Assembly: GCF_000150275.1 (NCBI RefSeq)
Contig: NW_002060947.1
Location: forward strand, 4,082,335-4,146,334
From: Trichoplax adhaerens
Taxonomy: Eukaryota > Animalia > Placozoa
Reading direction: 5' to 3'
Length of the DNA: 64,000 nucleotides
Numbering within the stretch: the first letter of the stretch is position 1; each line of letters starts with the position of its first letter. A program made the translations under genes and the position numbers. Shown piece by piece: positions 38,701 to 52,101 of the stretch. The notes under the pieces were generated by a model, which had not been told where the DNA came from, did no database searches, and was given only the letters and a program-made list of their open reading frames with translations.

Positions 38701-41700
38701 ATGTCAGTAAAAAATCCTTTACACTGATGTTTATCAATTCTTTTCGCCACAGCTATATCAGAAATTGCGACAAGAATCACGCTTGTGTCATCTCACACTG
38801 TTGTGTATTTCTCAGTTGATCTCTATATGCGGTGATGTATTTCCAAGTATTCAATCAAGAATGTCTTACAATACGTATCTGATAACTTCGTTGATCAAGG
38901 CACGAAACAGGTAAAAGTTATGCAAATCATAAAATTCGTAACTGACATATAATAATATAAAATTGACCTATTCTTTACTGCAATGTAAAGGCAAATTTGT
39001 CATGGCGTTGAAGCTCAAGATTTAGCAGACGTTTTTAATCGGATAGTTATTGTCGATAAATTATTGGAACACGTACAAGATGAAGCCATATTCACTTTTA
39101 TTGATGACCTGTCTCATTTAACATGCGCTTGCCTGGAAAATTGTGTTAAAGAAGAAATGGTAAATATAAAGTAACTAACACTGTCAACTTGTCAAACTTA
39201 TTCGTAGATAATGCCCTTTTTTTTTACCTATACTACATGTGGTTAAATTCCTGAATTTATAATTGAAAGCTTAATTATTTTGATACGTAAATTATAGACT
39301 GACTCCAATAAGACTGGTGTCTTTTCGTAATGTAGTATGTTTCATGATTTAGCTAGTGCATCATTTACCGCATTATTAGTTGTAATATCCGACTTTGTGT
39401 GACTACTGATCAAATTAATCGTGCGATAATTAATGTAAATAACGCATTATACACTCTTCGCTTATGCAATATTGCTTGTTGTAATTTATAATTGACTTGC
39501 CAACTTACGAAATTTATGCTAAAATATTTTCTTATATTTATTTAAAATTAACAATTTTTAGGAATATATAGAAGAAACATATTTTTCTTATGCTTGTGAC
39601 CAGTTGTTAGAATGCTGGTTTTCCATCGTTAGTGAAGATACTGCAAAATTTGACGTCAATCGTATCTCTCTAAATGCTATTGCAATATTTGAGTGTTATC
39701 TGAAATGTCACCTAAGTGAAGGCCGAAAATCTATCTGCGCTACCCTTACTGGCCATGATGCCGAACTTGAAATTGATGAATTAGATGAAGATGACCGAGT
39801 TTCATACGGTGAACAATTATTAAATATCGGCATACTTGGAAGATCGGTTCTATCCCTCTCGTTACCCTTACTATCGCAGTTATTGGAAAATACGATATTA
39901 ACTTTAAGACAATACGTATCACGTCCACTTTCCGCCGGAATTGGTAACACTATTGAGTTAATTAAATCTTTCATTTTCAATATACAGTATACTGATAGTA
40001 TAGCAAGCATTTAATTAAAATATTATTATTTATATTAAACAGACCACAATGCTCTTATGGATGATATCCACTGGTTAATATTAATTGCTGGTAGTGTCCT
40101 GACAGATGAAAATAAACTTGAAGTACCTTTGATACCTTCCGCGATATTACGCTACTCAGATAATATACCTAACTCTGACAATTACGCTAACCTAGTTAAG
40201 CTTTTATCTCACATCTGTTGTAATGATTCCAGAAGTATAGATGACAACATGGTACAACTATTGCATGTAGAAGGTAAATACGTTAATATAGTTTCAACTA
40301 TTTTCGATACCAGTTCGTTTACTTTTTTACTACTTAATCAACACTGCCTTTATAGCAATTTATAACGTATACGATGCATGTTGAATTACTGTATTAATAT
40401 CGTGGATTTTTTTATCTACTTAGGGATCAATCATGTATTCGTGATAGTTTTTTTAATGTTATTCATTTCTCGAATTGAACAAGAAGTATTACAATCAGCT
40501 GCAGCTGATTCTCTGAGCCCTCAAGTTGGAAAAACGATTGTTTGGTTTTTGACACGATGGAGTCAGGCTTATTTATTACCGATGGAGAATCGCTATGATC
40601 ACATCAGTTTGTCTTTAATTTTGACGTTTGGTCAAGACTGTGATCTTGGCACACAAACTGTCAAATTTCTTATTAGAAAAGTAATGTCCAATTTAACGTT
40701 TTGGAGCTCGGAAAACGATGTCGCTATAGAATCTATTAATTTGTTATCTACTGTTGTAGATAATAAAGCTAGGTATTTTTCCATAATTTTACGATTTGGT
40801 CGCGAATTTTAGCTAGAAACTAACAAGCTTTTCATATAGATGCCATATCGCAGTTTCTTGCGAGGATCTTTGGAATTTGGCGGTACAACAAGCTGGTAAC
40901 ACCAATTTATCTACTAAAAAGTTATCTGGGGCTGCTCAAAAACAGTTAGCGTGTGCTTTAATAAAAGCTGGCTCTTGCGTAGATGATAATGATGCTAGAA
41001 ATCGATTTTGGAGCAACGTATGCAATATAAGAGATTAGTAATAATTACAAACTTCATATTATAATATTATCTGCTGCTTTATACAAATATTATTATTATT
41101 AATGGAATAAATCTACCGTCTGCATTCGTAATTCATTTACTTCTTTTTTAGGTTTTACAACCGCTAAAAAGTCGATTTTTAGCTGCGCTACAAGGGCCAC
41201 TGCTGGCTAAAATGATACAGGATTCGGCTCTTAGGGATGAATTATGCAATACTATCGATTGCTGTTCTGGTGTTGCTCTTGCAACAACTGCATCATCAGT
41301 ATCAGCTCTATTTTCATATTTGCTGGGTATTTTACATGATTGTGTACCGCTCCTACAACATTTTTCCAATTTTCCTGATATGGTAGAAACGATCCTTGAG
41401 TTTTTCGTAAGCACAACTAAGTCGCAGATTGCTTACTTAAATCAGGTATTCTATACTAGTGAAGAGTTATGATCAGAATTAAATTTCATTGATTGAGATA
41501 ACCTTATATCCTACTTTTCGTGGTTTTCTCATTAGAGGGAAACAAATGAACTTTTTAAATTATGCTTGGCCATAATTCAGACATATGCTAAATGTAGTAT
41601 AGGTATGGATTTTAATAAATAATATGTAAAATATTAAGGTTCTCACAATTAATGTAATGTAATTTGAATCAACACTGGCAGGGAGATTTAACGACACAGT

Positions 41701-43095
41701 ACTAGCTGAAGAAGAAAAATTTACGGATTTGTGTCTAATATTACAACTTTTATCGCACGTTACCTCGAAAGATTATCTTGATTTTTCAAAAACTGGTATG
41801 TACCTTGCTTCATTAATTACATTAAATTTACAATCTCTTTTTCGTATTAAATGTTATTTACTGAATTAACTGATGTAAATACAGAGATTAAAGTTGATGC
41901 AGGACAAGATGATGCTATATCTGTTATTGATGTAGTTTTAAGTGGTTTAAATTTTATTATACCACTTATGAACGAAAATCTATTAAAGGTATGATAATGC
42001 GTATGACGTATATATTTTTTATAGATCATTATTTTCAAACTTTCTTTACGTATATTTACTAGCTCATCAATACCTAATGTTCTACTTTTAATTTTGGAAT
42101 AAGATTCCAGATTTATGTTTGCAGTACTTTAAGTTGGTCTCGTTTCACTGCGAAATTCATCCTGGAAAATTAGTCGACATTCCACAAAATTTATCGAATT
42201 CGTTAATGGTATCTCTTGATATGGGTTTGCGCAGGTTAGATGAATACTAGCAATAGATCTGTCATTATTAACACAGATCGTAATTGATAATCCCTATTAT
42301 CAATTTGTAGAAGAAAGATATTTTATTTTATAAAAAATTTCAAAAATTTCGTAACACACTAGACAACTTGTGTAAATTTTGCACGTTAGTGTTACAGTAA
42401 ATCACAAGCATCTTCCAAATCTGTAATAGAAGCTAGAACCTAATCACGCCTTCACCGATGTGGATATATATTTCCAATGCTGCTTTTAGTAACTATGCTT
42501 ACCTGCACAACCCTATTGCTACATGGAAAGTTAACATAGCGTTTAACGAAAATTTGCGTTCTTACGATATTATCAATCCAATTATTTAGATTTGGTAGTG
42601 AGGTCAGCAAATTAGCTTTGGAGTCTATTACGGGATTAGCTACATTCGTGTATGGAAAAAAATGCAATAAAGAGCGAAATAGTCTAATGATCGGTATCGA
42701 AGTGTTTATGAAGGTAATTTCCTGGAAAATTACTTAATTGAACATATTCGTAGTGTGTTAACTATGGCGTAATCCAGTTCTCAAGTTCATATTTTTCCTA
42801 TTATTTAGAATAGTGTTGACTGATTACAACTATTGTTGTTTGTATTTTCCATAATGATAGTCAATTTTAGACGTTGTATTTTCCGAAGATTTTGATATGG
42901 ATTTACTACAACCAACGTCTGAAGCCCTTTATTGCATTATCTGTTGTCATCCGGTAGATATCATATCTAAAATATAATAACGCTACTTTATTCTGATGTT
43001 AACCTTAAAATGTCTCTGTTTCTTGTTTTTTTTCTACCTTTTTATAAATATCATAAATTTGAATACTATAGGAGGCTTACAAGAAAGAAAATTGA
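35758..43095 (+). CDS. XPO4: Exportin-4, ~20 exons; C-terminal ~60 aa apparently missing
   Basis: MADAKEILANFEKAAIVMM|SPP..AEKIFLSFRRAKQPYSICKYML|E..VHFQAASTIKEAIVREW; EIDELDEDDRVSYGEQLLNIGILGR; DDIHWLILIAGSVL; LSPQVGKTIVWFLTRWSQAYL; EALYCIICCHP|EAYKKEN*. Confidence 0.93.
36150..36745. repeat. Degenerate ~120-140 bp minisatellite in XPO4 intron 2
   Basis: acatggaa.a.tt..agttcagaaaa..tt.agaaat...ag.tctgactcc recurs at ~36230, ~36503 and ~36620. Confidence 0.7.
37536..37683. repeat. Inverted repeat/hairpin (66 bp arms, 16 nt loop) in XPO4 intron 3
   Basis: 37536-37601 pairs with 37618-37683 with about 9 substitutions. Confidence 0.9.
38396..38548 (+). other. Putative U12-type (minor spliceosome) GT-AG intron in XPO4
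   Basis: 5' splice site GTATCTTTCC (U12 consensus RTATCCTTT); branch-like ACCTTAAT at 38529-38536, ~13 nt from the AG; no polypyrimidine tract; removal keeps frame (WNFSDLS P|NRPKF). Confidence 0.75.
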
Positions 43096-43904
43096 CATAC
43101 TCGTATATGTGACTTGGATGACTTGCTTTAGTATCATTGTAGTGGAAGTGCTGATCTACATAATATATCCTTTCGTAATAATAATACAATTAATTACTTA
43201 TTGATCACATTAGATACCAAAGCGATACTCATAACTGCGCTTTTATTCTTAGGCACTAATTTTTGATTATTATATACGCGTATATGTGCATAATAAATTG
43301 ATACCTAACCATCAAAGCTGGTTTATTGAACGTGTATAATTGTTGTTCATTTTATTATTACACTGCAGAGATTAATCGGATATAGTAGCAAGTTCTGAAT
43401 TAATCTAGTCCGATCTATTGAAGTTAAACGTTCGTAGTTCTAGTAGAATGTGATAGATGTGTTCAGCGTTGCAGTCAGCCGGATGCGGTACAATAATATG
43501 TTGTGTATCGGTATCTTGAGGATGTACTAACAATTGTATAAGCTCGAACTAGCATAGGAGATAGGAAATTGCGCCATACACATGCAGCCAATAGAGATCC
43601 TTGGTATAGCGTAGTAAGCTGATTATATATAATTATTTAAACAAACGGCAGCAAACCATGGACTACTAGAATAACAGAAAAATATAGTCTGTCTTTTAAG
43701 TTACCTTCTTTAGCAAATTTATTATTTCAATACACGTTTCCTTCAGCTAATGTAATACATACTTGAGCTCGATTATTTTTAGACGGTTAATGTATATAGG
43801 CCTAACTTTAATGGGTATTCTACCGTACGACTTACAGTACATTAACTATTGACGCATTAAAGCATCTCGAGAAGGATTTTGCCCATCTGAAAACGAAATA
43901 AATG

Positions 43905-44065
43905 CACCGTACAGGACTATACTGTACACTACAGTACCTCGAGCGCATGCGCAGCTACTGTACTGTACTTTAACGGCCCGCCCCGGTATTAGCCCGATGA
44001 CGTACTATACTGTACTGTACTGTACGTCTGTACGAGTGTATATATATACAGTACTGTACTACTCT
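43905..44065. promoter_or_regulatory. Orphan promoter-like island (TACAG cluster, NRF1-like agcgcatgcgca, GC box ggcccgcccc)
   Basis: Same signature as the 5' ends of housekeeping genes elsewhere in the window; motifs at 43942-43953 and 43975-43984. Confidence 0.45.
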
Positions 44066-47000
44066 GCACATTCTGCAGCCACAGGCAACATGTAGACGCT
44101 GATGCCTCATGGCAGCTTCTCATGGCAGCTTTGCTTTTTCACAGTACCGCTAATCTTTGCCGATAAATGACCTCCAATCCAGTATCCAGATTGAATTATT
44201 GGATATACGAGCAATTAATGAAGACATCAAGGACAACGTTATGAAATACTGTACACAATCATGATAATTACTTGCTGGAGCTGCCATCGTAGTAGACATC
44301 GTCAAAGTGATCAAAGCATGGTCACCGACCTGGCACAGAAAGGTTAAAGGCGTCGTCGTCGATCGATTCAAATTCCACGATTGGTTGTATTTTTTCTCGA
44401 CATCTCAAGAAATGATAATCGTGGATTACTTCTGAAATGGTATTATACAACAGTACTAACTGTAGAATAAGCATACGATAAATTAGAATTTTGCTACAAC
44501 TGTAGTGACGTCAAATTGCAATATATCTCATTGATGTATGTATATGTTAAGCTAAAGACTAATACAATAAGATTAATTTGTGATTTCGTATGTAGATGAG
44601 TAGACTGCTTGATTGATGGCGTTGTACGAGTAGCACTAACAGATTTTGTTAGAAATTGTTTACCGCTTGGGTGATCGGATGATGAGTACAGCACAGACGG
44701 GCGGGCTGAAACAATCTTATGTTGAGTTTTATTCTGTGCACTGACTTAACATCACCCAATTCAGTCTATTAGCTACTAATGTAGTACTACTGTACAATGT
44801 ATAGTATACTATGATTGGGAGTGACAGTTCAGCATGCGGAAATTGTAAATGTAGATCCATGTCGTAATCAATGCTGTACTAGTAACCTTTTAACATGTAG
44901 AAATAAGGACGTTACTAATGGTAATGTGATACATCTTTTCCTTCACAAGGTTAAAAGAATCAAACTCCAAGAATCTATTCCTCTAGCTGTATCTAGGAGG
45001 CAGCTATGAAATCGAATAAGTTCTTTTCTACCACGTCAATCCAAGTTTTCAATCATCAGGTGCTATATTGCTTAAATTGAGAGAATTAATTAAAGTATCC
45101 AAAATGCCAGATGTACAGTACTTGATTCAACTCTGCTATGTCTACGATCTAGCAGGATTAGTAACTACTTGGCTGATACAATTACCTTATAAGACTATAT
45201 TCGTAAAAGCAGTTGAGGTAGGTAGATCAATTTTTAGCCGATCATTCTATCCAACTGCTTAACGGTAACAAAGTACTTTAGCTAAACTTAACATTTTAGC
45301 TTAGTGTTTACGATATACTCACGTTAAGAATTTTTCAAATTATTAATAAATGATTACGTTGTACTACAGTATATCGAAAATATCGTCTCTTTGATGAGAT
45401 CATCCTTGCGCACTTAGCATTAGCTCAAATATGATCTAATGTGACGATTGTTAGGGAGCATGTGTAACGAAGGCTCCAATGGAGCTCGTTCACATAGCCT
45501 GAGAGATGCTTGAATACAGTGGATTGAAATATAAAATTTTTCTTAAAGTATAACTTATGTAATCAGCTTAGACTTATCTGTCTCCAAGAGAAGATACTAC
45601 AGTTTACAGTAACATATAGATGATGCAATGCATTCATAAGTAAACGATTAACGATCGTATATAGATTTTTGACTGTGTGATTTTATGATTATGAAAGAGA
45701 TTTAAAATTAAACTAATAATTAAGCAGTAGTACTGATTGCTATACTATTCTAAAGACTTGCTTTTCTTAGCAGATAACATCCGGAACTGATCAACGACAT
45801 CATAGACTGGTAGCATACGATTTACCATCTGGTCTTTTTTACAACTAATGTTATACAAGAGAATATTTAAGTAAATTTTCCGCTTTTTAAAATGCCGTTT
45901 ACTTCCAAATGGAAATACCAATCTCTAATTTTCTTCCATAGTACTTTCTACCCATGTTAGAACTATTTACGCGTATGAGTGGACTATAAAAATGATAATT
46001 AGACCATGTTGGAATGAATATAGAATCGTTATTGTCACAATCCTTGCACAATTTCGTCCTCGCTTACATGTAAATTCAGCCTATATGTTGTAAATATGAC
46101 TCTAGGTATTACACATACTTTTGAGTGTATCATTTATTAAGGAATCTAAATCCAAGTTAGGGATAAAACAACAAATAAACATTATAAATTGTTACCATAG
46201 CAGAGCTTGATGAGAATTTATTGAGCAATAATTAAATATCATAAATTGTACTGTATTGTATATCGAACTTGACTATGTTAAGAAATGAATCAATAAAAAC
46301 TTAGAATGATTAAGAAACAAATAGCATTTAACCTGTTTTAACTAGTTCACGACAGGCAGCATACATATGTAATAATTGTACGATAGAAGATCTCTGTTCT
46401 TGCACACTTATCGTATCAATGATATAGAGATAAGTCTAAGACTGTATTGTTAACTGACGTCCAAAATCACGACTACATATTATGTTACCAATAATGTACC
46501 AATATGTATGAAATCAAAGTAGTGTATAAAATAAAATTTCAAAGCATCCACGTTCTACTAGGTACCTTACGAATGCAGTGTACTGTAGATATACGATCCT
46601 GTATACTTATGCTGCCGTCGGAGGTCGACTTTATAAATAGGCAATATTTATAATGTGCTGCACTGTGCTTACTGAACTTTATTAGCTGTTACGCACATTT
46701 TGATAATTATGTATAATCATCGTTGAGATACTGATTCAATAAACTTAGTTTTACGATAATGATATCTATTCTTTGATTATGATATTGGAACGTTATTTGC
46801 GTGGAAAAACTTGCTCGACAATCAATCGACTTTAGTAAACTACCACTGTTTAAGTTATACAAGCATGCGCATAGTTTATTTTCCCGCGATAAAGTTAATA
46901 GTAATCACGTTAAATACTGAGCTTTTATAGTGAAACCACTATGTAATATGTACATTGACCGTAAACATAGTTACCTATACTCTTATGTAATACGAATCGA

Positions 47001-48088
47001 TTCGTAAACTAGAAGTTAGCTTTGCAAATCAATAATGCTGCTACACGAGTATTTCAATCAATATCAACGAACAGTAATGACATTTAGTTACATTAAAAAG
47101 ATTGCGATACTGCAGATAGATAGTACAGTATAAGATTCAATCATTTATTAAAGGTTAGAAACTAGTAATCATTTTCAATCTAGATAAATCAAGGTCTTTG
47201 TTAAGCAGTGACAAGGCGCAAAATCTACATCTTATACAAAAAATCTGCAAGCCTTTTTGAACAATTCTTGTAAAAGTTCTGTTTTTCTATACCTGATAGA
47301 TTTACAGAACGCTAATTGCAATTGTTATAACTACTATAAATTTGACCTTGAAAATAGTGATCGAAGTCGTCCAATCATTCTATACATGTAGTAAATATTA
47401 ACATACAATTAAATATAATTTCAGAAATTTAAATTTTACAGGATTAATTATGTAGCGGTGAATTACTAAAAAATAATTTAATCATGTACACCCAGAAAAA
47501 GTAGCAATTACTCCTACACTCCGCATATGGCGTACAATTCGACTTGCCATCTTGATAGAACAATTATAGCGTTATTTTTTTTAATGTCTATCCTAAAAGG
47601 TATAGCAATGGTACCATTCTATTAGTAAAACAGATAGCTATAATATTTCTTAGCACATGCCAAGAAAATCAGTAAATAGGATCGCATCAATATAGCTGCT
47701 ATTGCCTTATTGTTAGGGGCCAGCTTTTATTCAACCTCCAGCGACCTCAAGAAAGTTTGTATAACAATAATCCTGATAGCTATCAGGTCTTCCAATATAT
47801 ATATATATACATATATACTGTATATCAATGTAGTAGGATACAAAGCTATTACAGTGATACATATATGTTCCTACTGTACTGTAGGCAAAACTAACTGGTT
47901 ACGATATTTATAATTACGTGTCATACATATTACAATAGCATTTCTGCAATGACATTTTACCGTAAAAGGATAAATTTTTATATTCTGGTTTATGCTACGA
48001 TGCTACTCTAACAGCTATCCCTATGCAGGTGCAGTATGTGTATGTCATCGGTATGATGGTTAATACATGAAGAAGTTGAAACTTTGTA

Positions 48089-49488
48089 TTAACAATTTGG
48101 TACGTAAGCAGGAGGTAGACCGGTAGGCTTCGATTCCATAGATTGTAGCGAGGGATAAAGGTTAAGAGGAGGCTGGGTAGAAGCGGCGTTGTCATCAATA
48201 GGTTTTTTCTTGATGTCAGTACTTGATTCTGTCTGATATAAAGTGCCAGTGGCATTGGAAGATTGATTCTTTTCATCAATGACAACCGCTAGCAAATTTT
48301 GACGCTCACGCATAGCTTCGTTAACTTCACGAACCAAATAGGGCATGCGGATAATATCGATTAAAAATCCAAACGAAAACAAGCCAAATGTAATCGAGTA
48401 GATTGTTCCCCAAAGTGGTCTTCCTAAATAGAAGTGCTGCAAACCCAACATTCCGAACGGGAATGTCAAAATGTAAGCGTCGTCTAACTTTTTTTCGGGG
48501 CTAGGATTTTCATCATTTGCCCTTTTGACTAGTATTGGCATACGGAAAAAATCCACTAGCCAACCAACTCCTCCCATGCCAAAGGTGCATAAATAGGCAA
48601 TTCCAAAAAAAGTGTCACCCAAGTAGAAATGATGAGCACCTAAAATTCCCAACACCCAGGTAAGATAAGCATCATCTAAATGTTTAATTTGCTTTTTATG
48701 AATAGCTTCGGGGCATTTTTCTAGCTCGATTGCTCGCTCGTTGGCATCTGCCACTAATTTAGGCATTCTAAAAATATCATAAAGCCAGCCAATTCCAAAC
48801 ATGCCGCAGGTGAAAGAATATGCGGTTCCGAATCCTTTCCTGTAGGCAGAAAAATCCAAAAGAAGTATCTTATCAGTTTCAAGATCCATAATGTCATTTA
48901 TAATTTCTAGTAGACAATGTTAGTGACTAGTACTATTTTAATTTAAATTAAATTATCGATGATATCGTAAAACGAAATAGTGGACTGCGTTTGATTATAC
49001 ACATGATGATAAAGGTATGCAGATAAAGTTTCGTTAGAGCATGTCTTTTTCAACTACGATTGCGTAAGCTTTATGAAAAGGTAGGATGAAATTTATCCAT
49101 ATCATAGAAACTGTTCTTACCTTCCTAAATAGAACTGATGTAGTCCAAAACATATACCCGCAGGGCCTAAACAAAGTATGTAAGCATCAGCCAGGTTATA
49201 AATTTTTCGAGATGATGGATTAGCGCGGCAATCATTGACTTTCTCCACCAGATTAGACATAAAAACGAGATCGTATAACCATCCAAGACCAAAGAATCCT
49301 CCTGAAAATAAATACGCTACTCCAATTAAGGATTGACCCAAGTAGAATCGATGCGCGCCAATCAATCCAAGTGGAAATGCCCACAAATAAGCACAAATAA
49401 GCGATTTACGGCGAATTGGTAAGACCTGGTCGTGTTGTTTATCTTGATCATATAGGTGATTTTTTAATTCGATCTCCTTCTTCGACAT
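48089..49488 (-). CDS. 4x TM2-domain multi-pass membrane protein, paralog A (~372 aa); exons 49488-49121, 48839-48089
   Basis: Four KS/KL..AY.L...G..G.H.FYLG....G......G..G.GW..D repeats; phase-2 intron at LGR|K; C-terminal LPPAY. Confidence 0.9.
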
Positions 49489-50177
49489 ATCGGATAGTTG
49501 GTAATGCAGTGGGTAGCTACTTGCAAAACAACAATTTTATCTCTCGAATGAGATAAATTAAGTTCAAATGGCTGCACACTGGACAGGCCTGTGTTATCCA
49601 CACTAACGATGATTAAAGTTAATGAAAGAAAAACCAAAGCTAATTTGCAGGCGAACTATTGCTGATAACCTTTATATACCTTCTAGATATGGTAGATAAC
49701 ATTGTTGTTTTCTTTGTTTGAATTAGATTATCCAATGATCAACTCCTATATTAGCATGTTTATCTAAAAGCTTATTGTTCACAACGAGATAACCGATACT
49801 ATTTATCAGCATAGAAATTGTGACGGAGCTAGTTATCACTTTATTCACTCTATAGAGTTCAGTATGGAACAATTCGTCGACGTTGGACGGACGGTCTTCA
49901 CAAATCGTTTTTATTGACTTCATAAACTGAGCAAAAATTTCAAGACGACGAAACCTAATCGCCTTAACATTGGCAATATCCTTCAAAGAATCATCCCAAG
50001 TTGGCTTATGGCTGCTGTTGGCAGTGACTATCACACGAGAAAAAGCAAGCTAATGACGGATTTGTAGCCTTGCTATTTATTGATATCATCAACTACCAAC
50101 AGCTACCAATGATAAGATTGAAACATTACGTAAGAATAAATTAACATCAGCTATTCAAAGTGGCTTTGTCTGGACCC

Positions 50178-50228
50178 TAGACTACGAGAAAAGGTAGGAG
50201 AAAAGGTAGGGCCTTTTCTCGTAGTCTA
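50178..50228. mobile_element. Tiny MITE-like element with 17 bp perfect terminal inverted repeats
   Basis: tagactacgagaaaagg...ccttttctcgtagtcta, TA at both ends, internal duplication of gagaaaaggtagg. Confidence 0.65.
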
Positions 50229-52101
50229 TGTCTATACTTAAAAGCATTACTGCATACAGTTCATTGAGCATCTACCCTGCATGTCTATGCAGTTGGTTGG
50301 AGATTTTTTCAATCTTTATTTTCTTTCGGCTATGGTTATTTCTGAATTGAAGACAGTTTAAGTCATTTCAGGTTGCACCATTTACTCTGCATGCACTTAG
50401 AAAGGATGCTGGCAATATGTTTGAACTAGTCATAAAAAGTATCTTCAAGTGCTTCTAGTGCACTAGTATAGTACAGGAATTTACCGTTTAGTATAACCCT
50501 ATTTTTAGAAGTTTTACTGTAGACATTATGTAATGGGATTAAATGCCTTTATTACATATAGACTGATATAGTATACATAATATCATACTGGTACAATAAG
50601 AAAATGGACTTTGTTCACTGTTGCCAACGCCTTGAAAGTCCATATCAAGGATCTTTTGATTAATACTGTACAGTATTTTTAGGATTTGATGATTATCGTT
50701 AATAAAATAGCGAACCACGAGAGGAAAACTCAGCATACTTTTTAATTATTAACATGCGGATGCATGTAATTACCGTGTGAGAGCATTACGTCAAAGGTGT
50801 AATTTAGTGGGAGTGGGGTTAGGATACGTCCAGAAAATAGTTTATACCCACAGCCACGATTTACGCCTTCGTGCATGATATTTACTGTATTTATTTATAG
50901 ATGAGAGTACGCATACTTGACAGTTTTTTTAGACCAAGAACTACTGAAGTTCAAATAATTAATTAATAATCTTAAAAATGCACTTCCATCTAGTGTAATA
51001 CGAATTGTTCGAATCAAACGCAACGCCGTCGATGCACAGTTGAGCTGATACTTAATTGCTCAAGCCACGTAAATGCAGACACTGCTATCTGGACTGACGT
51101 TTTACATTACCAACACACTGATATAAGTTAAACATTAAGAGTGTAAGATATCGGTTAGAACTAGTTTTAAACCTGCTATTATCAAGCTATGATAATATTA
51201 CATTAACATTATGTTGGTCTCGTACCAATCTAACCAGGTAGTGTGCAGTTACATCTATAACTAGAACGACAACACTGTTCTTGATATATCAATACTACAT
51301 CAACCTTTATAACTGCAAATAATGCGTAAAAACAACTAACTAGGATAATAATATACACACAAGGTGTAAATTAGTTATAAATAATCGTTTGGATACGTGA
51401 TTGCATACGTTAGCACACGCTCCACTTCAGGTATTGGTTCGATACATGGAAGAAAATCAACTCGTAATGTATCAATTTGTTCAAAAATGAAATTTAGCTC
51501 CGTGTTTATTTATTACTTGTTACCATAGAGGTGGGAGTAGGGTCCGCCGGCCTTGAATTTATGCATACGTCATTTTATTCGTATATCATTGGTTGATAGA
51601 TGCAGCCAGCGGAAGACTTTATTAGAAAGCAAATGTAAATAATAATTGGAATTCAATAAGAGCAGCATGTAATTTATTCATACGTAATTTATATAGCATC
51701 TTACTGGCTAGAATCATTACAATCAATGATATAGCGTTGGTTGCTGCTTCCATGGCATTGGATAGAAGAGTACTTTATCGATCAGCACGCTTATGTCAAT
51801 AAATAATAAATAATATCTACTGTCACTGAATTTTCCTTTTATGGTAGTCCTTTTATCAGCTGTTGGCAGCATTTGATTGATTTGATTATAATGCCAATGG
51901 GAAGGATTATTTATTTTCATTATCAGCCGTTAATATCATTGTCTCCCTCCCATTCTTAAACGATCAAAGCCGTAAGGCAAATAAAAGGGTTCTGTCCTGT
52001 ACTATTTAAGGCACAGCTCTGCCAAGATCGAAGTAAAATTTTCGCTACAGTATAAGCTTTCACTTAAGATAAAAAAAGCGTTTGTCCATTTTTCATCAAT
52101 C

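Noticed and set aside
49723-50034. 103 aa minus-strand ORF upstream of TM2 paralog A
   Set aside because: GTG start, no recognisable domain or splice connection; cannot be supported as a gene
51430-51450. GGTTCGA T-loop-like motifs (also near 54437)
   Set aside because: No cloverleaf stems or A-box around them; not tRNAs
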